Shown in pieces: positions 24,083 through 36,039 of a DNA stretch of 64,000 nt (position 1 is the first letter of the stretch; every line of letters begins with the position of its first letter). The stretch covers positions 29,450,001-29,514,000 of the forward strand of contig CM060734.1 of NCBI GenBank assembly GCA_030704615.1. Reading direction: 5' to 3'. The position numbers and the translations under genes are program-made. The notes under the pieces are model-generated. The model had not been told where the DNA came from, searched no databases, and saw nothing but the letters and a program-made list of their open reading frames with translations. This stretch comes from Takakia lepidozioides (Eukaryota > Plantae > Bryophyta).

Positions 24083-24583
24083 CTATGGGGCGTGACCGGT
24101 AGCAATCCGTTGATCTCGCTCTGAGTGCTCATTCCATTCATACTTGCATGGAACTGGATCAACGTATCCTTGTCGAATATGAGGTATATCAACAACAATG
24201 TACACAACACTGAAGCAATTTTCATCCACTGTCCACTGGTACTCCACACAACCGTCCTTTGGATTAGGAGTAGTGTCTGCGAAAAGATTGATCACCTTAG
24301 GTTTCTCATTCTGATAAACCCAGAAGTTGCATGTGAGGGCCGCAAACGTATTAGTATTCCTCGCTGGCTTCAAAGTGTAGTAGGAATGCTCAAAGGGATC
24401 CAAAACGACCTCGCCAAGCAGCTCATCGCCTGTACTCAAGGAATTAATGCAGTTGTAGGTGAGGGTACTCTGCATTTTGTTGGTCACTGTTATTCTGGCA
24501 ACTGGTGTTCCCGAATAGCAATGGCCGGCCTCCGCCTGCCTCCCTACCAATGCCACCACCAGCACTGCCTGCAACAACAACAT
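24083..24583 (-). CDS. Secreted S-protein homologue (SPH / Self-incomp_S1-like), 166 aa
   Basis: Signal peptide, ITVTN..LTYNC..DELLG..L, TCNF, C.EYQWTVDE, terminal YEW; intronless intact ORF. Confidence 0.65.
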   Translation of the reverse strand: MLLLQAVLVVALVGRQAEAGHCYSGTPVARITVTNKMQSTLTYNCINSLSTGDELLGEVVLDPFEHSYYTLKPARNTNTFAALTCNFWVYQNEKPKVINLFADTTPNPKDGCVEYQWTVDENCFSVVYIVVDIPHIRQGYVDPVPCKYEWNEHSERDQRIATGHAP

Positions 24584-26590
24584 ATTGGTGAAATTGAGAA
24601 AACGATTTTAGATGTGACGGGTGAAGGTTGGAAGGAAACTCCAAAGATCGCAGCACACGCAGTTGATTGGTGCGGTATGCTGCAAAGAATGTGCTCCAAA
24701 CCTTGAAAGATATCTAGGTAGCTCTGGACAATTGACTTGAACATTGTCGAAATATTCCCTGTCTCGTTTGCAAGCAGAGTCCGGGCACTCTATCTTCTCT
24801 CTTCTGTCTCTCTCTCTCTCCCCGGAATACCTGTTGGAGAGAGAGGTCGGTTACGCCAGGTGGAGGCAGCTTCATCCACGAAATTGACCTATTATGTGAG
24901 GTTCAGAGTTCAAATCTTTGGGCTTCGGTAAATCAGGTGACTATGGAGTGTGTGAAGGGACGGTGAAAGATCTGGTGCCCGCAGGGTCAAAGAGCAAGCA
25001 AGCTACATCCACATCTTGAGCAACCTAATGCTGGGGCTATATATCTGAGGTCAGTAGGCCCTTTTGGTATTGTTCCAGATGCAAAAGCACCGTCCCATGG
25101 CCATATCTTTAGTGAAGCAGACCATCTTGTGAGTAGATGGTCTACAGTGCTGTTGGATCCCCTGTAGTCGGCCCGGATGACTGCAGACTTGGTTTTAGAG
25201 TGAAGTGGACACTTTAGGAGTGTTAAACTGCAAAACAAAGTCCATGTACATGTCTGATACATGATGAAGTTAGAGATCAACATGTTGGCAAGCCGCATTG
25301 AGCGATGTGATCCTCCTCTTGCTCTTAATTCAGCAGTACAACCAGAGCCACATGCAGTACAAGAGCAGTGCTGGATTGACTTCATGTTTCTCAAGTTAGA
25401 TGTCAGCATCAGTCCATATATTATCGTCACTGATTGGATTGGCGTCTGATGTGGGCAAGCGAGGGCAAACGCAATGGAAATTCTGGGATTAAGTCTCATA
25501 GACCTTGGCAGGTTGCAACCTGATGACTGCTCTGGGAGGATAATTAGCACTTGTCCTTTGAGGACTGTGGCCTAAAGGGTACGTCAGAGTCAATGCCCAG
25601 AGGAAGGGAGAATGACGAGTACACATTCTCTGCCAAACACTAGTGTCACTTCTAGAGACCACTTTCTTCCTAAAAAGGGGCTTGTACAAATGCAATGAGC
25701 ACTCTGTTGGCTCTCTCAAAGTTTTGTTGGTTTGCAAGCAGTGTTGATGGAGCTACAAAGCATCACGGTATAACAAGTTGAACAAGGATGGGCTGCTGGT
25801 GGTGAAAAAGTTAATGCTGTGGAAATAGGTCAAATCCCTTGTCTACGCGTAGGAGAATCGATTAGTGTGTGAAACTTAATTCGATAATTAGTTCCATGAT
25901 ACGAACGGTCAAAAGCATCTTAGACACTCATTGCAATGAGGTGGACTGCTAAAATGTCCTTAGTTTAAAGTGTCCCAGGTGCACCGATTAGCTTGCATCT
26001 GTTTTACTGTATCGTATGATCCTATCTCTTTGTATCTGATTCATCGTGGTGGACTTATGTTTATTCGTGTTCGGATATTTAGGAAGAAAGAACTAAAGAG
26101 TGTGGCCCGATGGTACAAGAACTTCTGAGACAGGCCAGATTGATATGCTGTAATGGTTGTCTTGGCATTTGGTAAGGGAACGAACAATTTACGTTCTACG
26201 TCTTTGCATATATAGTTCCTGTGATGGCTAGTGACTAGTGCACTAGAAACAGCAAGCCAATGAAATCAGTGATTTAGTGATTCCGTTGATCTGTTGAAAC
26301 CTTGAGTAGCATGTTAACTATGAAACTGTAGAGTGCACTTTGCCAATCAGGATGCTCACCAAACTGTACCCCTGCCCCTCGAGAAATCCTTGATAGATGC
26401 TGCCAAAGCCTTATCAAAATCCTGAGTCTGAACACCCTCACAACCCTTGTGGCTTGCAATGACTTCAGTGCACATATTAAATTTGGTTTCTTGGTGAACA
26501 GAAAAGAAAGATTATCATCTCATATCAGTAGCGAGGAAATAATATAACTTTGGAACTGCCCTCAGAGATGGTTTACACAAGAAGCGTACA

Positions 26591-28109
26591 CATAGTCGTC
26601 AAGGAGGGGCCGCTCGCCGTCGTGGCACCCCCCGATTCGCCAAGAGCAGGGGGGGCTATTTTCAGTATTTTACTTTGTTTTTCCTACCTGGCGCTCCATA
26701 TTTAGCTGCCTTCATGATCGAGGGGGGTAGGAAAGTGGACGGCCAAGATTATATTTCCAAGATTAAAGTTTCCGAGAATTAACGCCTTGCGGCCCTCCTT
26801 CAGTGACGACTATCATTGGCCTGCTACCATAATAGCAACTAGAGAAACTCAAGAACACCAGATCTACGTGACTACGCATTGAAATGTATTGTATCAATGT
26901 GTTTTTTTTAAATGATATAGTGACAGACATTAGAGTTATCCGTAAAGTAATCCCGAGTTTGGTGCCCTGTTTGGACCCGAGTTACGGGTTTCATCCTGAG
27001 TTTGAGTTAATCCGTAAAGTGCAGAAAACTGGGCACGAAGTCAGAAAATTGGGCACCAAATCATAAACTGGGGATGAGGGCAACGGCTGCTTCCTCTGAC
27101 GATTGAGTGTTAGTGTAGTCCAATTCATCCTCGCAGTCCGCCATAGGTTAACACAAAGTTGCCCCCAAACCCTGTAAACGAAACAACCTGCAGCTGAGAG
27201 AAGAAGTCACCAAAGCCCACCTGAGGACCAGAATGCACGAGTCTGAAAAGAAAGAAAACACCAGCCGCTGGCCACGATTCCCCACCGCGCGCACTCCAAT
27301 CTGCAAACGAGCACACCCAAATGGACAAAAACGTGCTCCAACGATGCGCGACCTTCCTCCAGAAGCTTGCTATGGTGCAAGCTCGTGAGCTCTGACTCTC
27401 TTGGCCTCGACGACAAACAAAACTCGGCACCAAACTCCTTTCACCCCCATTTTCATGGTCCTGGCAGTTTGGTCCCGTGTTTTTTTCTAGTCGTACCGCT
27501 TGATCCCGTGTTTTGAGTTTCATGCCGACTTTTGGCCAAACTCGGGGTTCTCATGACTCTATTGTAACTGGTATGCGGTATATTGAAAATGGGAAGTAGA
27601 CGGTGGTAATCCCGTTTAGATACCCGTGATTTTTTACCATCTTCTTAGGAGAAGCCATCTCAGTAGGCAACAGATCAAAAGAGGGTATACCATCGGAAGA
27701 GTGAGACAGATCCAACAATTTGACGACTAGGTGCTACAAATGCGCAGTATGGATTCTTCGAGATACCGGAAGTGCTCCTCGTTGCATGCGCATGAGCAAC
27801 TACAGAAGATAAAGAAGCAGAAACCCTGGAACCTCCAGCCACTTTTACACAAAGATTTCTTGAATTCTTCATAGCAAACAAGCTTCTCTCAGATCACATG
27901 CATGCTAAAAGGTTTCCTGCAACTGTAACGTGGACACTGGACATTGAAAACTGTGGGACGACGTTGAAACAACAATAGCGCTAGAGAGACGACATCGCAT
28001 AGGGGGAAATTGGGAGGTAGGTAAATTAGTAGTAGGGCGGTAGGAAAGTGGACGGCCAAGATTGACTTTTCAAGAATCCACGGCTCGCGGCCCCTCCTTG
28101 ACGACTATG
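26591..28109. mobile_element. TIR-bounded non-autonomous DNA transposon remnant(s)
   Basis: catagtcgtcaaggaggggccgc (26591-26613) is the exact reverse complement of 28087-28109. A second right-end copy sits at ~26727-26813. No TSD seen. Confidence 0.55.
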
Positions 28110-28239
28110 TCCGGTAGCCCGGTAGCAGGCTCGACGGGGCTGCTAATTAACGGTAGCAGGCTCCGTCTCGCCTGCTACCTAGTCCGTAACAGTGACCGTA
28201 ACAGACAAGCCAAACTTCCTGCTCTTCACGGATTCACTG

Positions 28240-28785
28240 TTTCCAGAGGTTTCCAGTGTTCCGTTAACTTAACCGAACTGTTCGGTTAACCGTTCACTTA
28301 ACGGAACCTAACTGTTCGGTTAACGGAAGTCACGGTGGCCGGTCACCGTTTCCCCAAAGGATAACTCCCTTCGGTAAGGAACTTAAATGAGCACTGGAAA
28401 CCTTCTACAATGATAAAGATAAAAGATAAAGTTTCTTTAACGTCCAGTGAATTTACAGAGCTTACTGCTCAACACACAGGCCATCGAGAACCCAATGGAC
28501 GGTCTGAAGGCACATGTTGAAGGATTGAACCCAGGATCACCTAGGTTATGGACAAACACCCAACCACTGGGCTACCTGCTCAAGTGCGGTTCGGTTAAGT
28601 TCGGTTAAGGGAACGGAACACTGGAAACTTAACGGTTCCGTTAAATTCCGTTAAGTTCACTTAAGTTCGGAACTTAAGGGAGGGAAACTTAACGGGTTCC
28701 GTTAACTGCCGTTAAGTTCGTATAAGTTCCAGCTTTAGAAGGTCTCCAGTGATACTTACCGAAGGGAGTTATCCTTTTGGGGTTA
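28240..28785. repeat. TTAACGG/CCGTTAA-rich foldback region with inverted repeats
   Basis: ccccaaaggataactcccttcggtaag..cactggaaaccttcta (28352-28407) is inverted at 28736-28782; many aacttaacgg units. Confidence 0.65.
28411..28581 (-). mobile_element. tRNA-derived SINE
   Basis: Minus strand: A box TAGCCCAGTGG (28574-28564), B box GGTTCAATCC (28531-28522), 3' ggacgttaaag and (tttatc)n tail. Confidence 0.7.
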
Positions 28786-30628
28786 AACTTAGGGCATAAG
28801 TGAAGTAAGGGTGGGCGGTTACCCGCCCTGGCTGTGTTTGTTTCCATCTGAAGCCATCGAACTTTGATGACTATGCCTCGCTTTCTCTTCTAGATCTATG
28901 CTGTTTCGCACCGCTCTTCAGCTGTGCGCTTCCTAGCTCCTCCTCCCTCCCTCATTTTCTCTCTCTCCCTTGTTCCCTGATTTATTTTTCGTATTTTGTT
29001 TTTGTCGATTTTGGTTTGGTTGCGGTGCTGTAGCCGGTCGCGCGGTGGGAGAAGATGGATTCTTATCTCTACTTCATATGTCAAATGCACGTCAAGCCCT
29101 AATCTCAAACTTCCACTGTATGTCACTTTGACTGGTTGAATGAAAGAGTTCCAAAACCACTGTTGATGACTGATGTTGATTGATCCATCTCCTAATTCCC
29201 CTCGACACAATTTCAAAGTGGTTTAAAAGGCTCCCCCGTTTGATTAGTTCCTTCTTACAGAGCCTACTACCAAACATTTGGACTTACATCATTTTTAGAG
29301 AACTATCTTGAAGGAACATACATAGACAACTCAATTCTTTAAATTTGAAATACATGCATGCTTATTGGTGTGTCTATCACGAAAGAGTCTTCCTTGGCAT
29401 GTGCCTTGCATTGTTTCTGTTAATCTGCACTGTGGAGTCCGCAGTTTCCTTCCCGAACTGAGAAAGGAGAAGAAGATCTGAAAAAGGCAGTGTGGCAATG
29501 ACGGACAGTATCAGTACCTTCATTGATCAGCCATCAGTTGACGCTGCATGCTCTAGTACTGAAATTTTTTATTGACCTTCGCAGTCAATTGCCGACTCGG
29601 AGGCCGTAAGCGCATCAGGAAGCTGTTTTGAGCCTCATGATTAGTACTTTTCTTTATGGATGATCACTTAGGATCATCTTTCACTAGCGGGTTACTTCTG
29701 GTTGGGTGGATTTTGAATCTGTTTGTTTAAGCAAGAAAATGCTCTAGGCATTCGGGAGGCATTCAAGTGAGTGGTCTGCTTGTAGTGATATCTAGCCGTT
29801 ATTGTTTGCTGTTTCTGTCTGATCAGAGCTCGGCTCAGAGGTGCAGAGTCAATTACTCTCTTAAATCTTCTGAGGGAGATAAATAGAATGAGACAGTGTG
29901 CAGGTTGAGTACTCTTCTGCCTTCCTCGGGTTTATGCTCTCATCAACCCATCGTCATATTGAACATGATCTTAGTTGACACTTGCAGATATGCGAGAGCC
30001 TTGGTGGAGGATGGAGAAATTGTAGCGAAGAGTCGAATGATTGCTTTGTAATCGCACCGCAGGGCGGGGTCTTTTCAGTCAGTTACTTGATTTGCTGCGG
30101 TTTTTATCATAGGCTACGAAATTAACGGCCATGATTAGCTCAGTGATGTGATCAGCTCTTAACTTTATGGGCCTTGAGTATGTACGGAGACTCATACGTA
30201 TATCTCATACGAGTTTCATATACTATACGCGTGCACATGTTTCCGTATGAGTGGGTAGGATGACGTTGATCCAAATCTGGACTGCTCTCAACGGCTTCGG
30301 ACGACCCCTCGCAAACAGCCTGTCTGGATCTCGAGCTGGAATGTCTTCTGGTACCTACCAGTATATTCTTCTGGACTCTCTGATCTCTTTTTGCCTGTGT
30401 AAACATTTTTCAGCTCGTGGTGATGTGGGAATCTGCAGGCATTTATAATTTCATTTGAGCACTACCCTGCGTCAAGTTGAGGATCTCACAAACTACACAT
30501 GTAGCTAGGGCTGTTAGACATCACCTTCTCTTGGCAGGATCACGATGACTCTCTTTGCAGCTTGCACCGAAATACTATTACCGGATCTTAAGTTCTCCGA
30601 GTTAGTCTTCTCATTTGGTGGTGGTGGC

Positions 30629-31224
30629 ATGGGCGCTGGATCATGGCCCATTGTGGTCCTCGTAGTAAATCTGTTTTTAATAGCGAGTCAGCAAAGCGGC
30701 CGGGTGCATGCGCAGATTTTTGATCATGGGCCTGATACTAAAGATTTCATAGCAGCCGGCATCAATGATTCTGCGGTCTTGAAGAAGGACTGGGGCACCC
30801 TACCCACTAGTGGTACCTGTGGCCTTGCTGGTAAGATAGCGAATCTTCACAAGTACACTGTCTCTGGTGTCAAAGAGTGCGAGGGGTCGCATGGGACCGT
30901 TATTCATTTTCTTACCACGGGGCTACCATGGTCGCAACTCTTGGCTTGCCCAAAAGCCTACCGTTGAAATCTCAGACCTGTTCAAATTTTCGCCCAGGCG
31001 TACCACATCTTCTCTCGAGTAACCATGATGCGGTTCTTATTTGATTAATTTTTACTGGTGATTTCAATGGGGGGTGGAACGACAGGACATCATACGATGA
31101 GCCCAAAGTGGTGGATCGAAGAGGTATCAGATAAGCCCTTGGGCTCCTACTTCTCGCATATCTGAATATTGACAGAAGGCCCATCACTGCTCCGTGCACA
31201 TTTGATGATCCAAATTGTGTCTAG
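30629..31224 (+). pseudogene. Degenerate secreted protein gene, family unrecognised
   Basis: MGAGSWPIVVLVVNLFLIA..VHA signal peptide, Cys-containing body, stop at 30967, interrupted continuation ending ..PCTFDDPNCV*. Confidence 0.4.
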
Positions 31225-32185
31225 TGAATTCATGAGCAGTCACTCTGTCTGCGTAATGTTCTAGAACGTAAAGGTCTTGCTTAGACTTTAGTGAACTCGG
31301 TAGTTCTTGTAGTGTGGACTCCGTTCTGGAAGTCAAAGTTCTGATCTGAACGGCAACCCGAAGTTTGCCTTATCCTCAAGGCCGCTAGAGTTCCCCTCTC
31401 AACGGCATGCCTGAATCGTCCCAGAGAGGCAGACACATCCTGGTCAATCAGGGCTTCAGCTGCAAGCTTCAGTTAACAGTCATTGGAAAACCTACAAGCT
31501 CATTTGTCTCTGACTGTTCAAGGAAAGAGTTGTCCAGGAAGTGCAGGTATGTCTTAACCCCAGGTTGCGACTTCAGAGGCATCTTCGTCTAAGGACTAAG
31601 GACTAAGTAGTAAGGAGTTTGGGGCGACATAGAAAAAGTGGGTAGACCACATCCTTATGGAGGTCGATAAGGACGCTGCAGGACTAAGGAGGGACGGTCT
31701 CGATCTGTATCTTGCCACCTCCATGATCATGCCAATACCAACTCTTCTGCTAGAAAATTAAGGAAGTTGGCATCGAGGTTCGACAAAAGCATTCGGTTGC
31801 TTTACTTGAGTTTACTCCATCAACGAGCTTCCGGTGAGCCGTGGCGCAGTTAAATATAACTGTATAATAAGCCAGCTTTGAATCGATGGTGAGTTTTCTT
31901 CCAAAAAGTATATATACATGTCAACATCCCTAGCACAAAGACTCATTGATCACTAGACACTAGGAAACTCCGCAATCTTCGAAAGTAATTGAACGGATAG
32001 ATCTAGTTTAATTTCGCAATAATTGTATCCATTCAGGTTAGGAGCAGGTCAATGTGTAATGCCAACGGAGTTGTGGTTTTCTAGGGGCAGTCCCGAGTCC
32101 GTCTTTCTGATGATCATACACTGGAAGCCTAAAAGAGTAGACCGCTAAATGTAGCTCTAAAAGCGGATTCCTGAACTCTAGAAGC

Positions 32186-32950
32186 TTAAGCCTGAGTAGT
32201 ATTTGTTTCCCACACATGCTTTCCACCCACCATGTCAGCAATGACCACGTTGCCATCAAGTTGAATAAGCAGAGCAACCAAGTATACACTAGTTGTGGTG
32301 ATTTTGTTGCTAAGCCCAGCGTGATGCGCCTTTGGGATCCCTTATGACCAGATTGCCGTTGGGCTGAAGCTCCAAGGAACAATTTCTTGGAAAGGGGTCT
32401 GAATAGTTGGTCATGGTGGCCCACATTTGGTTCCAGTCATACCGGCCATCAAAACCCTTTCTGTAAAGCACCAGGTTGCAATCAGTCTGCATTGTGAAGA
32501 TGAATTGGTCATCTGCCGAAGCTATAAACTTTCCGGCAGGGAGGACATTCTGCACTCCATCAGCAACAGGAAACAAGTTAGAATACCTCCAGTTGCAACC
32601 TGCATCCAACCTGGCCCCGGATGTGCTGTAACAGGATTGATCTGCACGATTGAGGGTTTCGTAGTCCTTGGGAATCGCTGCAAGCTGCTTGGCTGACGCG
32701 GTGGTGCTTGGCGCAGCCGTGTAGGATGAGGTCACTGTGTTGCTGTAGCCTTCCATTGGTACCCACAAATATGATACCCTACAAGATGACCAAATGTGGG
32801 TGGAATCGCCTTTCGAATCAGCTCCTAATCCAGTGCAGACACTGAATGTTGATGACAATGTCTTACACAGATTCGTGTCTCGGTGGAATTCAGCAGTGCA
32901 GTCGCCTGTCAGATATTCGAAAGAGGTGTGTAATGTCCCTCGTCTTTCTC
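32186..32950 (-). pseudogene. Bulb-type (GNA) mannose-binding lectin with Cys-rich N-terminal part; 1-bp frameshift near 32312
   Basis: QTDCNLVLY and QPNGNLVI in ORF 32310..32858; third subdomain QLDGNVVI..VWETNT in a shifted frame, ending TAA at 32186; likely acceptor near 32950. Confidence 0.75.
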
Positions 32951-33196
32951 TGAGAGATCCACAGCAAGGGATAATTTTAGGAAGAAAAGACAGGAAGACG
33001 CGGGAAAATTCAATATTGTAAGGTCACCCGCACTGTATGACTTGCTCCAGAGATTCGATCCATATGATCAGGCTGATCGCAAGTTCCAGGATCTCATCTT
33101 GTAAATCGTGGAATAGTAATCGAAATCTGAGAGCTGCGCTTGCAGCCCAGGGGATGATCATGGCGGTTTAGTCCGCATGTGTGGGCTGTAAGAAAG

Positions 33197-34356
33197 TTGG
33201 CGGACGTCCATGGGCACGGATCACACGGACACGGTGGGAAAGGCAAAGGAAAGAAGGTGGAGAGGTTCATCGTCTTTGTCCTCGGTATGCCTCTGATCTT
33301 ACAGGTCCACTCCGATAAATACATCGCTGTTTCGCTTGAGCAAGTGTAGAAGCCAGGAACTCCATGTACACGAGATGTAGATAAGAGTAGTTACCAACAA
33401 TCAGCAACTGTGCAATGAACTTCGATGACTCGAATGCTAAGAAAATCAGACTGTTGCAACTGTGCAGGGGGTCCCGGCCGCGGAAAGGGTACTCAGTGCG
33501 AACGCATCGTAAAAGACCACGGCTTTCTCCATCTCTCTGCAGGTGACCTGCTCAGAGACGAAGTCCAGAAAGGGTCTGAGATAGGAAGAAAATGTGATCA
33601 GCTGATGAAGGATGGGAAGCTGGTCCCCGTGGCAGTGACGCTGGGGCTGCTGGAGAAGGCAATGAGTGATTCCAAGAACAGCAAGGGCTTCCTTATTGAC
33701 GGATTTCCCCGTGCGGTTGATCAGGCCAAGGCCTTCGAGAAAGAAGTAAGTCGTTGAGCTTGTTTTCACAGTCGTTCTTCACCATATAAGCCACAGTTAA
33801 AGAATCTAATAATGTCGAACTTGTTATTCATGCAATCTCAGAAATGTAGATTCATGCAACCAGACAGTGAGTGCAGGTGGGGAGGCCCAAACTGGTGATC
33901 TACTTGGAGTGCCCCAAAGATGAAATGGAGAAGCGGCTCCTCAAGCGCAGTGAGACCAGTGGACGCAGCGATGACAATGCTGCCACCATCCTCAAACGTT
34001 TCGCTACATTCCAATCTGAGTCTGTGCCTGTCATCTCCTTCTACGAGAACCTTGACCCTGCTATTGTTTTGAAGGTAACTGTGACCAGCAATTCATAGCT
34101 AGAGATGGATTCTTAAGAGTACAGATTGTTGAATGACATGAAATAAGAGGGGCTTACACAAGCTGCGATGGCTCCAGGCTTGAGTTCTCTTGCTTTCTGT
34201 TCTCAGAACTTATTTCCTTGCAAGAGAGCTAACGGTCGCTTTTTCTTCCAGGTTTCAGCAGTACCTGCACCTGACGAAATCTATAAGGACATCAACTGCA
34301 CGATCCAGAGGATCAAGTCGGAGTGTGACCACGATCAAGAGTGCGAACACAAGTAA
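33197..34356 (+). CDS. Adenylate kinase / UMP-CMP kinase family (short LID), 4 exons: 33197-33284, 33468-33745, 33877-34074, 34252-34356
   Basis: IVFVLG|GPGRGKGTQC, HLSAGDLLR, GFLIDGFPR, RLLKR..GRSDDN; canonical GT-AG junctions; start codon uncertain. Confidence 0.88.
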
Positions 34357-34550
34357 CAATCCACTTTGAATTCATACAATGTAACAGTCATGAAAGCAAG
34401 CAGTCAGTATTGCCTTCTTCAGTCAGGGAGCCATGTTTAATTGCAGGAAACCTACAGCTGACTCCGACGAAGCAATTAACCTAAAAGCATAGATGTCTGC
34501 ATATGTCAAACAAAGTGTTTTAACAGGGCTATTTTCTGACCTCCTGATAT

Positions 34551-35580
34551 TCAATTTGGATAAGACAATACCAGTCCACATTTCAACAGATCGAAAGATT
34601 CTCCATTCATGGGGCCTTTACAAAACCTGAACCACTTGTCAGCAGTTTTCATACAAGCTGGGCAGACCTGTAGCCCCTCCACACATATCTCTATCAAAAA
34701 TGACAACACTGATTCTACTCTCACAATCTCGCAAAATTCCAGCTCCTTCAGTAAATCAAGGGAGCAGTGATCCAAATAAACACAACAATTTGGAACCTGG
34801 AGGGGCTCCAACCAGTCCTTCAATATTGTCATTACCTGGAAGCTAGCATAAGCTTGATAAATATTCCGACTACCGCAGAGATGCAGAATATAATGCTTTG
34901 CTCTTTGTAGAAATAGGACAAGGCATGTCTTTATTGTAAATCCGTGGATGTCTTCTGTATGCAAGCAATTTGCGACAGTAACAAATAGCTGGTCTTCCTA
35001 GGTTGTCAAAATCTGTTCTCAAGCACAATAAGCTGTTTGATGTTATCCTACATGAGAAACTCCAGACTCCAAATGCAGTAGCACACCTTTGTCTAAAAAG
35101 CCTCAGAGCATCCAACCAAGAGGTGCTTAATAATCCCCCTCTTTCACCTTCTCCACCTGTTCGTCATATGTATGTCGGCAAATTTAGAAATATCCAAGAG
35201 AGAGCCAGTGGACTTAAGAAGATCCCAGATAGTGTACACCCACTCTGCAGTTAGCAGGGCTTGATTCGCAGCAGCAGTGACCTCCAAACACAGAAGGTAG
35301 CATAGCGGGCTCAAAGTGTTTCTGCGTGCCAAGCCCACTGTCAGGCTACATTCCAGAGGTTCTCAGCCGTGGTTAGAGCAAAGAAGTTTGCAAGCAGCAC
35401 TGCTAAAAGCACTTGCGGTCAACCATATGTAATAAAATCCTTCCACCATTCTCAGCATCTGGCAACCAGGGTTAAAAATAAGCAACACCTCTGCTTGTGC
35501 CCTAATTCGAAGGGTTGATGGCAACCTTAAGGGAGTAACAGCACCATCAATGGCCAACCGCAAGTAAAGCTTAGTTTCAG
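34551..35580 (-). mobile_element. Highly decayed LINE RT remnant (tentative)
   Basis: Ordered weak motifs: VGLARRNTLSPLCYLL (cf. RQGDPLSPLLF), DISKFADI (cf. FADD), EKGGL. Confidence 0.35.
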
Positions 35581-36039
35581 CTAAAAATGGAGCAATGAAT
35601 TATAGCATATTCAAAGGGAGAAAAGCAGCAAGACTAATTGTTGCTTCGATACTAAATGCACCAGAAACGCCTTTTAACAACTAAAGACATGTTGTCCTCA
35701 AAGAGCAGACACAACTTCTACCAATGAGAGGTGCTGTACTAGGACCTTAATGTTTTGAAAGGTGACCTGAATAGCCCTTGGAATCTAACAATCAGAAACC
35801 AGCGTATTGTTGATGGTTGACCACATAGTCATTCGGAGTAACAACAAACACCGAACTTGTTCAAGCTGTCAAGAGACTCTGCATATCTGCAAAGGTAATG
35901 GAACTGACTGTCTTCAATCAGGACTGTGTAGGTTTATGGAATGTATGGTGAATAACTTCTGTGCTGGCTCTCTCTCTCTCTACCTCTGTGGCTGTGCTTC
36001 CCTCATTTTTGCATCCAGTGACAGGGTTATGTGTTTACC

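Noticed and set aside
24125-24706. 193-aa plus-strand ORF
   Set aside because: Antisense shadow of the SPH gene.
24987-25550. 187-aa minus-strand ORF
   Set aside because: No motifs and no convincing start or splice structure.
28510-28581. tRNA gene
   Set aside because: A/B boxes are present, but there is no acceptor stem and it has a SINE-type tail.
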